Below, piece after piece: positions 1 to 12,080 of a stretch of DNA of 64,000 nucleotides (the stretch's first letter is position 1; each line of letters starts with the position of its first letter). This DNA comes from Fimicolochytrium jonesii. Lineage: Eukaryota. The DNA is taken from positions 1,178,001-1,242,000 of the forward strand of contig NW_026515669.1 of assembly GCF_025526975.1 (NCBI RefSeq), in the 5' to 3' direction. Under the pieces are notes generated by a model. That model did no database searches. It had not been told where the DNA came from and saw nothing but the letters and a program-made list of their open reading frames with translations. Position numbers and translations under genes: made by a program.

Positions 1-1459
1 CCAAAGTCGGGTTCTCGGCCGAAGAAGCCAGCTGGGCTTTGACATTCGGGTTGTCAACGTCCGCCTCGTCTTTGACCCCAATCAACTTCACGATATTCGG
101 ATGCAACGGCGAAAGCTTGCGAAGAATGCAGACCTCCGAAAGCCCAACCGACTGTGACTCCAGGGTATTGTGCAGCCGTTTGACAGCGCAAGGGTGGAAG
201 TTCCCAGATGAAGGTACGAGCGGATCTGAACTCTCCAGGTCCGGTAGGCCCGACTGTGGCGGCCGAGGTGAGGATGCAGGGAAGGGTGTTTTTTCGGGAG
301 ACGAGTCCGTTACGGTATAGTAGCCCAGATAGACCTGGGCGTATCGGCCCTCCCCGAGAAAATTGCGACGCGTGGGGAGGAAGGTGAGGTTGATGTTGTC
401 CCACTTTGCGGGCGAGACAATGACCTGCGGCCTGTCTCGCGCCTTTCGCCGGCGAGCTTCTTCAGCGGCCGCTCGGAGTTTCGCTGATGGGGCTGGCGTT
501 GCTTCCGATGAAGGAGATAGCAGTGCCGGTGATGTCAATGCTTCCGTGTCCGGGTCCACAGGTCGCTTCCGAACTGTGACAATGGGCGTCACCTTGAACT
601 GACTCTCATCCAAGTCCACAAAGCCACGTCGGCCGGATGTATTCGCGTCGGTCAGGAAAACGGCCTCGTTGTCTATTGCCGGCGGCGATGCGATTGATGG
701 CGTTACTGCTGGAGGGGTCGGAAGTGATAGCGGAACGGTCATGGATGAGCTGTAAGGGGATCCCTGACCGTAGTATGTCTTGCCAGTGGAAGGAGGCTGG
801 GCATGTGGAGGTGGATAGTACTGATGCGGCGAGCGTGGTGACGTCCCCGCGTACGTGAGTTCGTCGCTATTGATTAGACGTCCCTGTCGAAGCGCGCTCA
901 ATTCGTTTGCGTCCATGTTTACCGCTGGTTTAGAGATGGTATGTGACATTTCAAAGATCGAGTTCTTGCTCCGTGGTGTGTCAGCTGGCGTGGAAGCTGA
1001 ATTGGGCCGATTGCTTTGTGGAGTGGGCGCATCACGCTGCCGCTGTTTCGGAGTGTCTACTTGCGGCGAGAGCAAGCCATGAAATATGGAGCCCTCCCTG
1101 AAAGCCGAAGCAAATATGTCATTTTTCATCGTGCCCGGCGTCCCACTGGATTCTGCTTTCCGCTCCGCATCGTGGTACGGTGGAGGTGGGGGAGAAGTAG
1201 GGAGAGGCTCTGCGGGTTCGAGTCTCGCACTCTTCTCTTCTGAAAAGACAAAGTCCGCTGCTTCGTTCTGTTGCTTGCGGAAAGGCTCATACACTTGTTC
1301 AATCTCCACAAAAGCTCTGCGGGCGCCGGAGTTTGCGTCGAAGGTCGGGACAAAGGGAGGCGCCGGACTCGTGGACCGAAGAGCGGAGAGGTTGAGAGGC
1401 GATGGTTGAGGCAAGTTATGAGTAGAAGATGGTGTCTTGGCGGCGGTGCCGTCGGTCAT
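1..1459 (-). CDS. Protein kinase, 5' part (runs off the left edge); long Ser/Pro-rich N-terminus followed by kinase subdomains I-IV
   Basis: The frame from ATG 1459 (MTDGTAAKTP...) is open in every segment I translated down to the edge; it is absent from the ORF track, as expected if its stop lies outside the window. It contains LGEGRYAQVYLG (Gly loop, ~356-321), CAVKRL (catalytic Lys), SEVCILRRL (alphaC Glu) and HPNIVKLIGV. Confidence 0.88.
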   Translation of the reverse strand, partial: MTDGTAAKTPSSTHNLPQPSPLNLSALRSTSPAPPFVPTFDANSGARRAFVEIEQVYEPFRKQQNEAADFVFSEEKSARLEPAEPLPTSPPPPPYHDAERKAESSGTPGTMKNDIFASAFREGSIFHGLLSPQVDTPKQRQRDAPTPQSNRPNSASTPADTPRSKNSIFEMSHTISKPAVNMDANELSALRQGRLINSDELTYAGTSPRSPHQYYPPPHAQPPSTGKTYYGQGSPYSSSMTVPLSLPTPPAVTPSIASPPAIDNEAVFLTDANTSGRRGFVDLDESQFKVTPIVTVRKRPVDPDTEALTSPALLSPSSEATPAPSAKLRAAAEEARRRKARDRPQVIVSPAKWDNINLTFLPTRRNFLGEGRYAQVYLGYYTVTDSSPEKTPFPASSPRPPQSGLPDLESSDPLVPSSGNFHPCAVKRLHNTLESQSVGLSEVCILRKLSPLHPNIVKLIGVKDEADVDNPNVKAQLASSAENPTL

Positions 1460-1847
1460 CGTGCTTTGCACAATGTACACCCGTCAAGAGATCACGGCGG
1501 AGTGCCGACAGAACAAGCTGCGGACTGAAGGAACCCCTCCGGAAGGCGGACACAGCAGTAAGATAAGACCGCTCGGCCCTCTGCGAGAGTTGAAGGCGGG
1601 TGAGCTCAAGACCTAACCTGTTGAGCTGTTGCAATAACGACGGGCGAGCGAGGGATAGTGGTCCTGCAGTTTTCCGACCAAGAAAGAGCCTCCCGTTTCC
1701 GCACACGCGCCCAACAAAGTGCAGGGTAATTTGTGGCCCCATCGGCCGCCCGTTAGATTGTGCCATTTCCATCCCATTTCCATCCCGCGTGCAACAGCAA
1801 CAGCCACTTCTGCACAGCCAGGACAGGACAGGACAGGGACGAAGTAC

Positions 1848-4800
1848 ATGGACCTGTGCATTGACACCGCTGAGGACGCAGAGTGGCGTGAGGACGTCGC
1901 CTTAGTCCTCGCGACCATGCGCCTCCCAGACGAAGGTTTGCTCTCGCCATCTTGCCAAATCTTCCACCGCTCAGCACAGTGTCATTCACTCCCAATTCCT
2001 CCCTAGATGCAGCGAACGAGTATCTGTCAGCCACTCTTGAAAGTCACTACGTACCTGAGCCCCATGACCCACCGCTGAGCTTTCTGGCCATCGTGAACTC
2101 TTTGCGCAGCATACTTCCAGCGCACGACGACGCGTCCATAGAACCCAGCGAGTTGTTTGACGACTTTTTAGATGAGGAATGGGACCTCAGCGGGAATTGC
2201 GTCCGCGTGGATGAGCAAGGAAACCCTGTTTGGTCGAGTGTGCTTCTGTTTTTGGAAAAAGTCGCTACAGACGCCCACGCTAAGGCAGCGGATAGCGCTG
2301 TTCAACAGCGGATTCGAGGTGAAGGTTTGGACGTAGCCGATTGTCCTTCGACTGCATAAAGCTTGCTCACTACGTATTTCAGAGCCGTCTTATGACGCAA
2401 GAGCGTTATACATTATGGACGAGCCACTTTTACCTGCGCAAACAACCATGACGAGTATTGTCCCAAAATTCAAGCCTTTGCCGACTGTCCAGCAGCTTGC
2501 TGGGCGTATGATTAGATTGGGAATCAAGGAAAAGGGTTTTGAAGAAGAAGGCGGGCAACTAGCTGAAGCCATGGGGCGGCAATTCAACGCGGCCTTGAGC
2601 GAGCCGTTTTTGGGAAGACCTTCCTCGGCTCGGCTCTTGTTGAGTATCGTTGATCCGTTTGACACAGTCTCCGATCCTTTCGCGGAAGATCGGTGGTTGG
2701 GAGAGCTGCTTACGGAGAACCTGAGTAAAAAGGTCGGCTGCATGTCGATTTATAGGTTTTTCCGTACAATCACTCATGCCCCAACAGATGGAAGCCTCCG
2801 AACCAATGGAAGCGCCAATCTTTGCTACCAGAAACGATCCCGAAAAGCTGCCGTCCCCAAAGTTTACGACTCCTCTGCCGGCGGAGTCACAGCTTATGCC
2901 AGATTGCTTGACAGAGGACGCGCCGTTGTCTGCGCTTGTCGAAGGTTTAGGGGCCGGGATCAGCTTTCTCAAAGGGCTGGAAGAAGAAGAGGACGACATG
3001 GCGGGGCGCGTGGTTCCTGACGGACTTTTGGCGGCACTCAGTGGTACGTATCAGTACCACCCGGCCTGACTGCAGAGCAACTGAGCGTAACCGTGGTCTG
3101 ATATACCGGCAGAACCATTGATAGACGCCGCAGATGACGCGACAGTGCAAGCCACCATCGACCACGTATGCACAGCGACAACGGACGTAGACATAATGAG
3201 ACGCATGGGAACAACAGATGAAGACGACGTGCCTAACCCCAGCAAGAAGAAGCGAAGGCTGAGACGCATCGAATCCCCCATTCTCTCTTTCGCAGATGAG
3301 CCCGATCTTTGCCCCAAACGCCGTCGGCAAAACGATTCGTTACCCGAGTTAACTTTGGACGCAGTTGTTAACGGGCAGTTTGGCGGAATGGATTACAAAA
3401 GTCTCGAAGAGCCCCAACAAAGTACGACCGATGGGGACGATCTAGCCGAAGACCTCTCCACCTTCTTCGACTTCGCCGGCGCGGCCTCCACCAAGCCCTA
3501 CACCCCCATCCTCGATTCCCCCTGGGATGTCGCATCCACCAAACAACTTAGCATCCCCAACCTCCCCCACCCACCCCCCTTCCACCCTCGCCCGGACGCA
3601 TGGACGAGTTTCCGGGCCCTGGTGCAAAAGACGTTGAAGTTGCGCCCGTTTGAGAATATGACCTCGACGGAGCTGGCGTTGATGCATTGGAACCCGATTG
3701 CGGCGATGATGAGGGCGATGGGGGTTGGGGATGATGAGGCGATTACTGTTGGCGGGATTGGGAGGGGCGTTTTGAGCGGGGCATTTGGGGTTGAGGATCA
3801 CGAGGGGTTGAGAAGGGTGATTGTCGAGGCTTGTGAGGTGGAGGAGCTTAACCCTGGAGGTATGGCATGCACCTTTTCGGCGGCCATCGAGACAGTGTCG
3901 CTAACCGAATTTCATTAGATTACATGGAATTCGAGAGTACCTCCGTTAACGACGGGGACAGGCCTTCATCTCCAATCCAGGCCATGCGAACTCTCCGTGC
4001 TCTTAAACCCCCAAAGACCGCACCGGTGGGCCATCCTCCACCGCCCAATATAAGTTCAGCCCGCAACACTCCGCAGCGAACCATCCCGGTCGTCGATCTA
4101 GTCAACCCTCCGCCTAACAATTTACGTCCCGCCCACAACGCTCAGCAAGGAGCGGTACCCGTCATTGACCTACGATTCGATGAGCCCGGAGATCACATGA
4201 TCAACCTCGGCCTCCGACGGCATAACGTAGACTCACCTATAGAAATCGAGGACGAGCCCGCATTCGAAATCCATTCAGTTGAGGAGATCCTCCCACCCCT
4301 ACCTCTAGACAACCCGCGATCGACACGTGAGAATGCAATGGACGACCCCGCACAGAACTTGGAAGAAGTGCTAGCGAAATATAGGAAGCCGTTTTCGGTG
4401 AGGAGTTCTTTGGATCAGTTTTTGACGTTGAGGGGTCGGCCGCCAGGTATTTGGGAGTGGGGTTGTGGGTTTGTGGATGATTTGTGTCGATGCTGAGGGA
4501 CTTGTATTAGCGGTTGTTACTGGGATTGTTGAACGCGTCGGGGCGCAGGCGGATAAAGCGGCGGAGAACAGAACTCCCACTAGTGGTAAGCAAACGGGCA
4601 AAAAACCAGACTCTTCGTCAGACACCTGAAATACCGCTCTCCACAGAAATGTTCCCAACGCCCACCGCCGTCAAATTCGCCCTTCCGCCCTTCGACAGCG
4701 AAAGCGCCACCCGCCACACTTATATCGCCGGCGAACGTATCCTGAAGAACAAGGATCTGGTCAGGGCTTTTGAGAAGACCTATGCGGTGGACTTGATTGA

Positions 4801-5731
4801 GCGGGATTTGGAGTGTGCTTCCGTGAGTGGCTTTGTATTATTGATGGGGTTGTGAATGGGGTCTGGATTTATCGCGTCGATTTGTCAACGCAGGAAGATG
4901 CAGCGCCTGGCGCCCGACTGGAAGCGGATTTGATCATCGATGAGAGAACCTGCGTCATGTATGAACAAATCATATCTGTCTGTCCTGAAACATCGGTGCC
5001 CTGACCTAACACCCTTCGAAAGTTTCTACCCACTCCCCCACCTCCCCCTCACAACCACTCACCTCCCCACCACGCCCACCCCCCACACCTCCCCCCTCAC
5101 CGCCCTAGGCACCCTCGGCACCACCGAACTCGGCTCCCTTCTCCTCCGCTGCATCCTCCGCTTCACCCGCGTGCATCTCGTCCTGGAAGCTGGCCCACAG
5201 ACAGGCGCGTATATGCTCACACCGCCTGTCGTGAATGCGCTGCAGTGGGTTGGCGCGTTTGCGGCAAGTTGTAGGAACTGGGCGGAGGTGAGGTGGGTTG
5301 TTAGTTTGGGGGCTGAGGAGAGTGCGTGGATCGCGAGGTGAGTGTTTTGCTCTGTTTGGTTTTTTTTCAATTGTACACACCCTAGATTTCGCACTGCTCA
5401 TGTCTTCAGAAACATCGGCGACACGATCGCGGAATCCTACGACACACCGCCCAACTCTTCCACCACCCCAAAAGCCTGGCTCTCCCGCCCCGCCTACGAA
5501 ACGCGCACCTGGCTCTCACATGAAGAATCCGCGCAAGAACGGTTCCTGCGCTCCTTCCCGACGCTCAACTCCTTCTCGGCGCAGATCGTGTTAACGATCA
5601 TGACGCTGAGGGAGTTTATGCTGATGAGTGTCGAGGAGGTGGTGGAGAAGGTCGGGGTGTGGGTGCCGGAGAGGGGGTTGAGGGTGTTTTGGGAGATGGT
5701 TAACACCCAATTGGGGATTGGGGTGGAGTGA
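1848..5731 (+). CDS. SHOC1: SHOC1/Zip2-like (shortage in chiasmata 1) meiotic crossover protein with C-terminal XPF/ERCC4-like and HhH-like region; about 11 exons
   Basis: ORF pieces 1848-5731 join in frame through canonical GT-AG introns. The C-terminus (VDLIERDLE...ADLIIDERTC...LRFTRVHLVLE...WLSHEESAQERFLRSFPTLNSFSAQIVL...SLEE-like MSVEEVVEKVGVWVPERGLRVF) matches my recollection of SHOC1/C9orf84 proteins. Confidence 0.72.
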
Positions 5732-6505
5732 AGGGTTGGGAGGGCGGCGGAGTATGGGCATTTGTGATCAAACGAGCTTTGGACCTATTAAGATTAGGCG
5801 GCGTATTTCGCCGGATCAGGGCTAGGTAGATAGATCGGGCACTCACAATACGTCTGATGAAGATTGCATTTTGTATGTAAGATGCAGTATTGAGGGAATG
5901 AATTATGGGAGAAAAATTCGGTCGAAAGAACGGAAAGCCATCGTCTGGGGGTGTCTCATGAAAGTAGGAGGGCGGATACTATTTAAACAGGAGCGGGTAG
6001 GGGTGGGGATGGGAAGCGGTTGTGGGCAGGAGTCTCGCGCGGATGGGAAAGAAAATCATTGAAGGCGTCTGTCATGACAAACGAGAGGAGGCGCGGGCAA
6101 GACCAGCCAGCCCAAGCGGATGTCGCCACGCCCCCCGTCATGGATCTGCACGAGGATCGGACCATACTGCGCCGGAGGTGTTATTACGATATTCGTTGTG
6201 CTGTGTGCACGGGGCCCCAAAGGTTTATGCAGTTCATTCAATGGTGGACGGCGTAGCGCTCATCGGCAACCGGCCTGTCGCGGACTGTCGGCCGGCGCCC
6301 GTAAGACGGCTTAGGTCGTCCATTGAGCGGCTGGTTTTTGCGGGCTGCCTGTGAGGACGGGGGAAAGGGGTTTGGGATTGTAAGTTCATCTGTCCACAAA
6401 CTACGAGGAAAGGCGCAGTGGCCGACTCATCCGCCATCCTCTCACATCACGCCCGAGACATCTGTCGAACCCCAATATGTTTTCAAAAACTAAAAGAAAG
6501 GCCAC

Positions 6506-9476
6506 TCACCCCGTAAACAGCCCCTTCAACCCCCACCTCGCGCTCAACTTTGCAAAGATCGTCTGACTCTTACTCTTCGCCCTGCTCTGCCCGCCCGGCA
6601 GATACGCGCCGCCCTCCGCATAGCTACTCCCCTCCAGCACCCGTTTCAGCTCAAAGAAGTTGGCAAGCACATAATCCGCCTCTTCAGGCGGTAAGAAAAA
6701 CAACTGCTCGTCCAGCTCGCGCTCGATCTTGTGGACCGATTTAGCGAGGTAGGCGTAGAAATTGGCCATGTCCATGTAGTCGCCCGAGCGCGAGCGGGGG
6801 AGTTTGCCGGGGAGGGTTGCGCGCGGGATGGTGGAGGCGGCGATGGTTGGGGTGGATGTGGGGGGGAGGTCGAGGTCGGCTTTGAGGGAGGGCATGGAGC
6901 GGGAGAGGGCTTTACGGAGGCCGCTGCTGGTGCGGGTGCTGGAGGTGCCGAGGGGTTTGGAGGAGGGGCTGAGGGTGGAGATGGGCCGGTCGGTTGTGGA
7001 TTGGGGGCGGGAGGCGGAGGCGGGGTTTGTGCTCTGGGGAAAGAGTGATGTGAGTTAGATGGTAGGTGAAAGTCGTCTTGTAAGATCACTTCCTCCATCG
7101 TCTCCCCGCTGTACCTACCTTTTCCGAAACTTCCGGCGGCATAGAGCTAGCGAAGGTCAGATAATCTTTTATCTTTTCCCGGTTCTCTCGTAAGAAATGG
7201 TTTAGCGGCATCAGGTACTGCTCCTTGTTCCCGAAATCCACGTCGTTGCACATCGCCGTGAGGATCTTGCCGCAGAGAACAAGACCCCGGCGCGCGGCTG
7301 GAGAGACCCGCCCTTCGATCAGCCCGTATGTGTCGGGGGATGTTACCGCTGTGGATTTCGAGAAAGCAACATCAGTGATCCGTTTTCAAACCATATGCGA
7401 GAAAGGTCATACTTCCGCGCCCGTACCTGGTACGAAGAACCGCAAAAACAAGAACGATCCGACCACTTTTTCTGGAATGGACAAGTACCCCATAGACGTC
7501 CTCTGCGGCAATGGTATACGGGACGTAGACGTGGACATAGCCCTAGCCCGTCCATACAAAAACGTATCGGAAGCCCCTTTCGTGACGCGCGCCTTGCCAG
7601 GTCCGCCGGTACTCGCCGGCTCCACCGCCGACAACGGCGGCGACATCAACGCCCCCGCGCTATTCTGCTTCGACCAACTGGAGGCCATCTCCGCCTTCCG
7701 CGCTAGGATGTACGACGCTTTCTGCTGGTCGTACGTCCCTGTCGCTCCCGTGTTGATCGTCAGGCCCGTCTCTTTGCCTCCGCCCGACGGGGGCGCTAGT
7801 GGTATCGTCGTCCCTATCGTTGCCAACCCTCCCTCTTTGCCCGTGCTGTTGCTTCGCGAATGACTACCCGTCCTGTTGTTCTCTAGGTCTAGTGATTTTT
7901 CCACCCCGCTGCTCCGCCGACTGGATTTCAACGTCGCGCGTTTTCGTAGTATCGTGGATGCGCCACCATTTCCACTACCGCTGCTAGCTGATAACTGCTC
8001 CGCGCTCCCCCTCGGACTGCTAGTCTCGTCCCCGCCCTCGAGCGGCGAGCTGGTTATGCTCCCTTGGCTGGCCCGAGGCAGCAGCCGTCCGAAGAAGCGC
8101 AGAGGCGATGACGCCGTGTCCGTGTCTTTTAACGATTGTTTCCGACTCGGCGTGGATGTGCCCGGTGGCTTGGAGGCGAGATCGGTCCCCGAACTCATTT
8201 TGGAAATCGTTGCGTCGGCATTCGGCTTTGCGGATGTTGCGTCGGGATTCGATTTCGGGGATGGTGCTTCAGTACTCGGTCTGGGAGTTGTCGTTTCGGA
8301 ATCACCTTGTGCTACGGCCGGCTCTTCGGATATCGCGGTCGGTGCGGGAACGGCATTGCCGTCATCCACGCCTTCGCTCTCTGCTGGCTCTTCAGTGACA
8401 CTCGCCGACTTCCCCAGCGGCGACGCACTAAAAGACGACGCCGCTGGTTCACCACTCTCCTCCAATTCCACCGTTGACAACAACTTCGGCGTCGGTGGGG
8501 TAGGCGGCGCGGGCAGCACGCTCGTCACCATAGGCGACTGCATATGCACCGCCGCCAACAGCCCCTGCTCCTTGTGTATCTCCTCCACCGTCTCCCTCAG
8601 GTAGTGACACATTCGCCGCAGGGATCCGGGCATCAGTTCGCGCTTCTCGACTACGCTGGTGAGGACCCGTGAACATGCGCCTTTCAGCCGCGCTTCGTTT
8701 TCTGCTAGCTGGTCTTCTATTGCTGACGCGTCCATGTCTCGAGGGAACTTTTGGGGATCAATCTCGCAACCGTCGGCGTAGGGGAGCACGTCTCGTAATG
8801 GTTCGGTGAGTGACTGGCCCAGGTAGTGTAGACCTTCGTATCTTGCGAAGGCGTTCAAGAGCATAGTTGCCATGCTGGTTGAGGGATGAAGAGATGTCGT
8901 CAGTATGAGTAGATCGGAGCTGGGAACACCTAGCGACGTTGGGAATGCTACCTGTTGTCTCGTATTATGTCACTCAGATCTCGGTTCTTCACAACTGCGA
9001 CGAGGAGAAAAGGACACATAGAAGTACTGTTCAGTATATATCCCTCTTCCCAGCCCTTCGATCGGTATACTTCTATGCAATCAATGCCAAAAAATGGTCT
9101 TCCATCATCACTCACTGTATCCCAATATCCGCGACCTCAATAACCGCTTCAAAAACGCCTCCGTCACCTCTGATCCCTGCTGCCGCAACAACGACAGCAC
9201 CTCCAGCGAAACGCTGGCGGCCGTGTCTCCCACAAACGATACTTGACATATCAGCGCCAGCAGAGTGCAGTTGTTGTCTAGGAGGAGGTCCGCTATCCGA
9301 CGGTCTTCTGAAACCGCCTGGAAGAAACATCCCCGGAAGCGTTAGGGGCTTGCCGCGTACGATAAATGAAAGGAGGGACTGGACAGATAACATACCCCCG
9401 GCTTATCTACAAGGTTCCCCAGACTCCTCCGTGTGAAATTGCTTCGCAACAGCGCGCTATGCTTGGTAGCCCCCAT
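6506..9476 (-). CDS. RasGAP-domain protein with a large disordered insertion; about 6 exons
   Basis: Spliced model starts MGATKHSALL (ATG 9476). It has an arginine-finger segment DIIRDNSMATMLL, CEIDP, the RasGAP signature VVGSFLFLRFFVPAITSP, and RRGLVLCGKILTAMCN..FGNKEQYLMPLNHFL. The last exon ends at stop 6506. Confidence 0.85.
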
Positions 9477-11132
9477 CCGGGCGGACCCGGTGGACGTCAC
9501 TGGCGGTGCAGGAATGTTGGCGAGACCGAGGGACGGATCGATTGGAAAACTGGATGGGCGTGCTCGATTTGTTGTTGACGGCCCTCTCTGTCGAGCTGGT
9601 ATTTAAGTCGTTCGATGGATTGCAACTACGATTGGGTCGATCCCGTACGGATGTCCAATCTGTCAAGCGGTGTGTCAGTCGCAGGTTGTCAATTGCGACT
9701 TGGAACGTTTTCAATCCGTCGCACGTGCAGAGAGAAGGAATTGATGAAGGATTTGGGTATCACACGTCAGTGGGTTGATCGCTGGTCGAACGTAACAATG
9801 GCAACTGGCAGAGTTGACGGGGTATTTCGAGCAGGCGAGATGCGAATGTATGGCTACTAGCCAAAATACAGGTATGCTAAACTACAGATATTCCTTGAGA
9901 GCACCGAAGGTCGTGAGCCAGGTACTTGCAAATGGCGGCGCGGTAGAGCGAGCTTTTGCGTTTGCGTTGCTGATTGATATCGGCAGTAAGGGTATGTGCG
10001 AGAAGGTCCTATGTAACCCAAGGCTTTTCTCACGTCCGCGTGAATTCTGGAATATCCCAAAAATGGAGTTTTGGTACAACGGTCTTTGGGATCTTAACAA
10101 CGCCAGCTGACTTCAGCAAAGCCCGTCTTCAGAACCAGCCCCCATATGTGAACTGTCAGTCTTGACTGCCTTTAGCTGCATTTGTTCTGTGGAGGCTTGG
10201 GAACAATCAGTCATGAAAGTGTGCCCTTAATATGGGCTCACCTTGTCCCAAATGGCAGGGCTATTATTAGTGCCCCAGGTTTGCATTAGCGCATCCTCTT
10301 CGTTGTTTGCGTGTGGAGAGCCATGTGGGGACAAAAACCTTCGGCTGACAGCAGTGAATGCGCGTTCGGCGCATATTTCGACACCGCGTCGGCTTTCTTT
10401 GTCAGTTTGTCGTTGACACGTTGGACTTCAAGCACTTTTCAGTTGTGGGTTGGTAGTCTAACAAACCTCCGGATCGACTTGCATTCCTTTGTACAGTGCT
10501 CCTTTGCGGGGTGCCGACAGCTTTGCACTCCAGGCCAGGTTTGTGTCTCTCTCCACGCCTAGCCCTTTTCTGCTCAGAGCCCGGAACCACCCATACATAC
10601 GGTAAACACCAAAAGTCTATGTACCTTCCGGCGTTTGATGTTCAAGAGACACTGACAAGTGATGAGGGTGCGGCATGCACCGAAACGAATTCCGATGTTG
10701 GACTGGTTAACGTGTAGAGCGTTCGATCAACGGGTAAGTGTCTGATGGAACGCAGGGTTGCCTAACATTATGGGGGATTTCGGCGGGTGCTCCACACTTG
10801 GCGGTGCAAGTGATCTGCATACAACTCAAAGGACGTCGCTTCAGTCGGGTGGCCATTTCAGTTGGACGACGAGTCTGGCGGATGGTTTGCACCCCCTTTG
10901 AAGAGTCTTCGGTTAGCTCCAAGAGAGTGAAGGTATGGACGGAGCTACCAACGTAGCGGGTGGGGCATCAAGTAGATGCAAGAGATACTATATTACAGAG
11001 TGGGGAATAATTTACATTTAAGAATGGGGAGGACGGCCGTCTATAGATGCCTTGACGGAACACGCCAAACGGACGGGTGAGCAATACGGACAGGCCATTC
11101 TACCTATCCAGCCCCTCTATCCGTGGAGAGAA

Positions 11133-12080
11133 TCATAACCTCAGCTTCCTCTCCAATGCCCGCAACTCCTCGGGTGCTTCGTACAAGTGCCACTTCTTTT
11201 TGTAAATGCTTGGTATCTTCGCGCTCGCCGGTCCCTTTGGCCGACCCTGCCATGTAAGCTGCCCGAACACTTCACCGTGTGCTAGGTCCTGGAGGGTAGA
11301 AAGGGCATGGTGAGAAACAGTGTGAATTGTATTTAAATTTTCTCCCATGCTCGAAATGCCATCCTTCCAAGTTGCATTCCTTCGGTCCTGCCCCCGACTA
11401 TTATCTTTCGAGGTCGGAGCCGAACCCCAATCGAGGAGCCGAACCCCAATCGAGGAGCATTTCCCATATCCGAACGCCGGCTCCAATTCTTGTGGGGGAT
11501 AGCTTTCCCCTCATCCCGAATTTCACACCTCCGTCCTGCCATCGATAGCTTCGTTCGAGCCCACATTTTCCCTACAGGTGAAGTCCAAACCCAAGTCTTG
11601 CAGTGGATAGCTTTTGCAGCCAAGCTCGTTCCCCCAACATTCCGCTTCACTGGCGTACGCTCTTCGACTCCCAAGTAACCCCGGCCCGAGAGCCCTTTCT
11701 CCAAGAGCGCAGCCCCCGTCCAGGTCTGCAATAAGAAGTACTTTGGACCAGGCCCATTCGCAGAGCATTGCGCTTCACCCAGCCCGAACTTCGTCGTCCA
11801 CCCCCATTGTGCAGCCCAGTCCAAAACCTCCTTATCCGACTAGCTCTCCCCTGGCCACCGCTCCCCACTCTTTCACGACCCCTACCTCCTCCAAAACGAT
11901 GTTCTTCACGGTCCAATAAGCGTCGCTCCATCCGCGCTGGTACCATTCAGTCGGGGTGACTCGCAGGCCGGCGCCGCGGTTCGGTGCGTGGGCGATCAGC
12001 TCAATGAGGTTGCGGTGCTGGTTGGCGCGCTGCAGGAAGGCGGGGTGGTGGCCCCATAGCTCGCGGATGACGGTTGCCAT
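11133..12080 (-). CDS. MRPS34: Mitochondrial small-subunit ribosomal protein mS34-like; 2 exons (12080-11886, 11288-11133)
   Basis: NLIELIAHAPNRGAGLRVTPTEW...AYWTVKNI joins through a phase-0 GTAGGG...CAG intron to DLAHGEVFGQLTWQG...IPSIYKKKWHL, the pattern I recall for the mS34 family. Confidence 0.75.
11416..11458. repeat. 19-bp tandem duplication GGAGCCGAACCCCAATCGA x2.3 inside the mS34 intron
   Basis: Exact copies at 11416-11434 and 11435-11453, plus a partial GGAGC. Confidence 0.9.

Noticed and set aside
6236..6328. Possible GC-rich multibranch RNA structure in the RasGAP 3' region
   Set aside because: Stems are only 6-8 bp in GC-rich DNA and match no RNA family I recognise.
9480..11130. 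Short ORFs in the gap upstream of RasGAP (similarly 13850-14600, 31760-32200, 51740-52085)
   Set aside because: No motifs, consistent frame or splice structure that I can support; a frameshift-aware homology search would be needed to exclude pseudogene relics.
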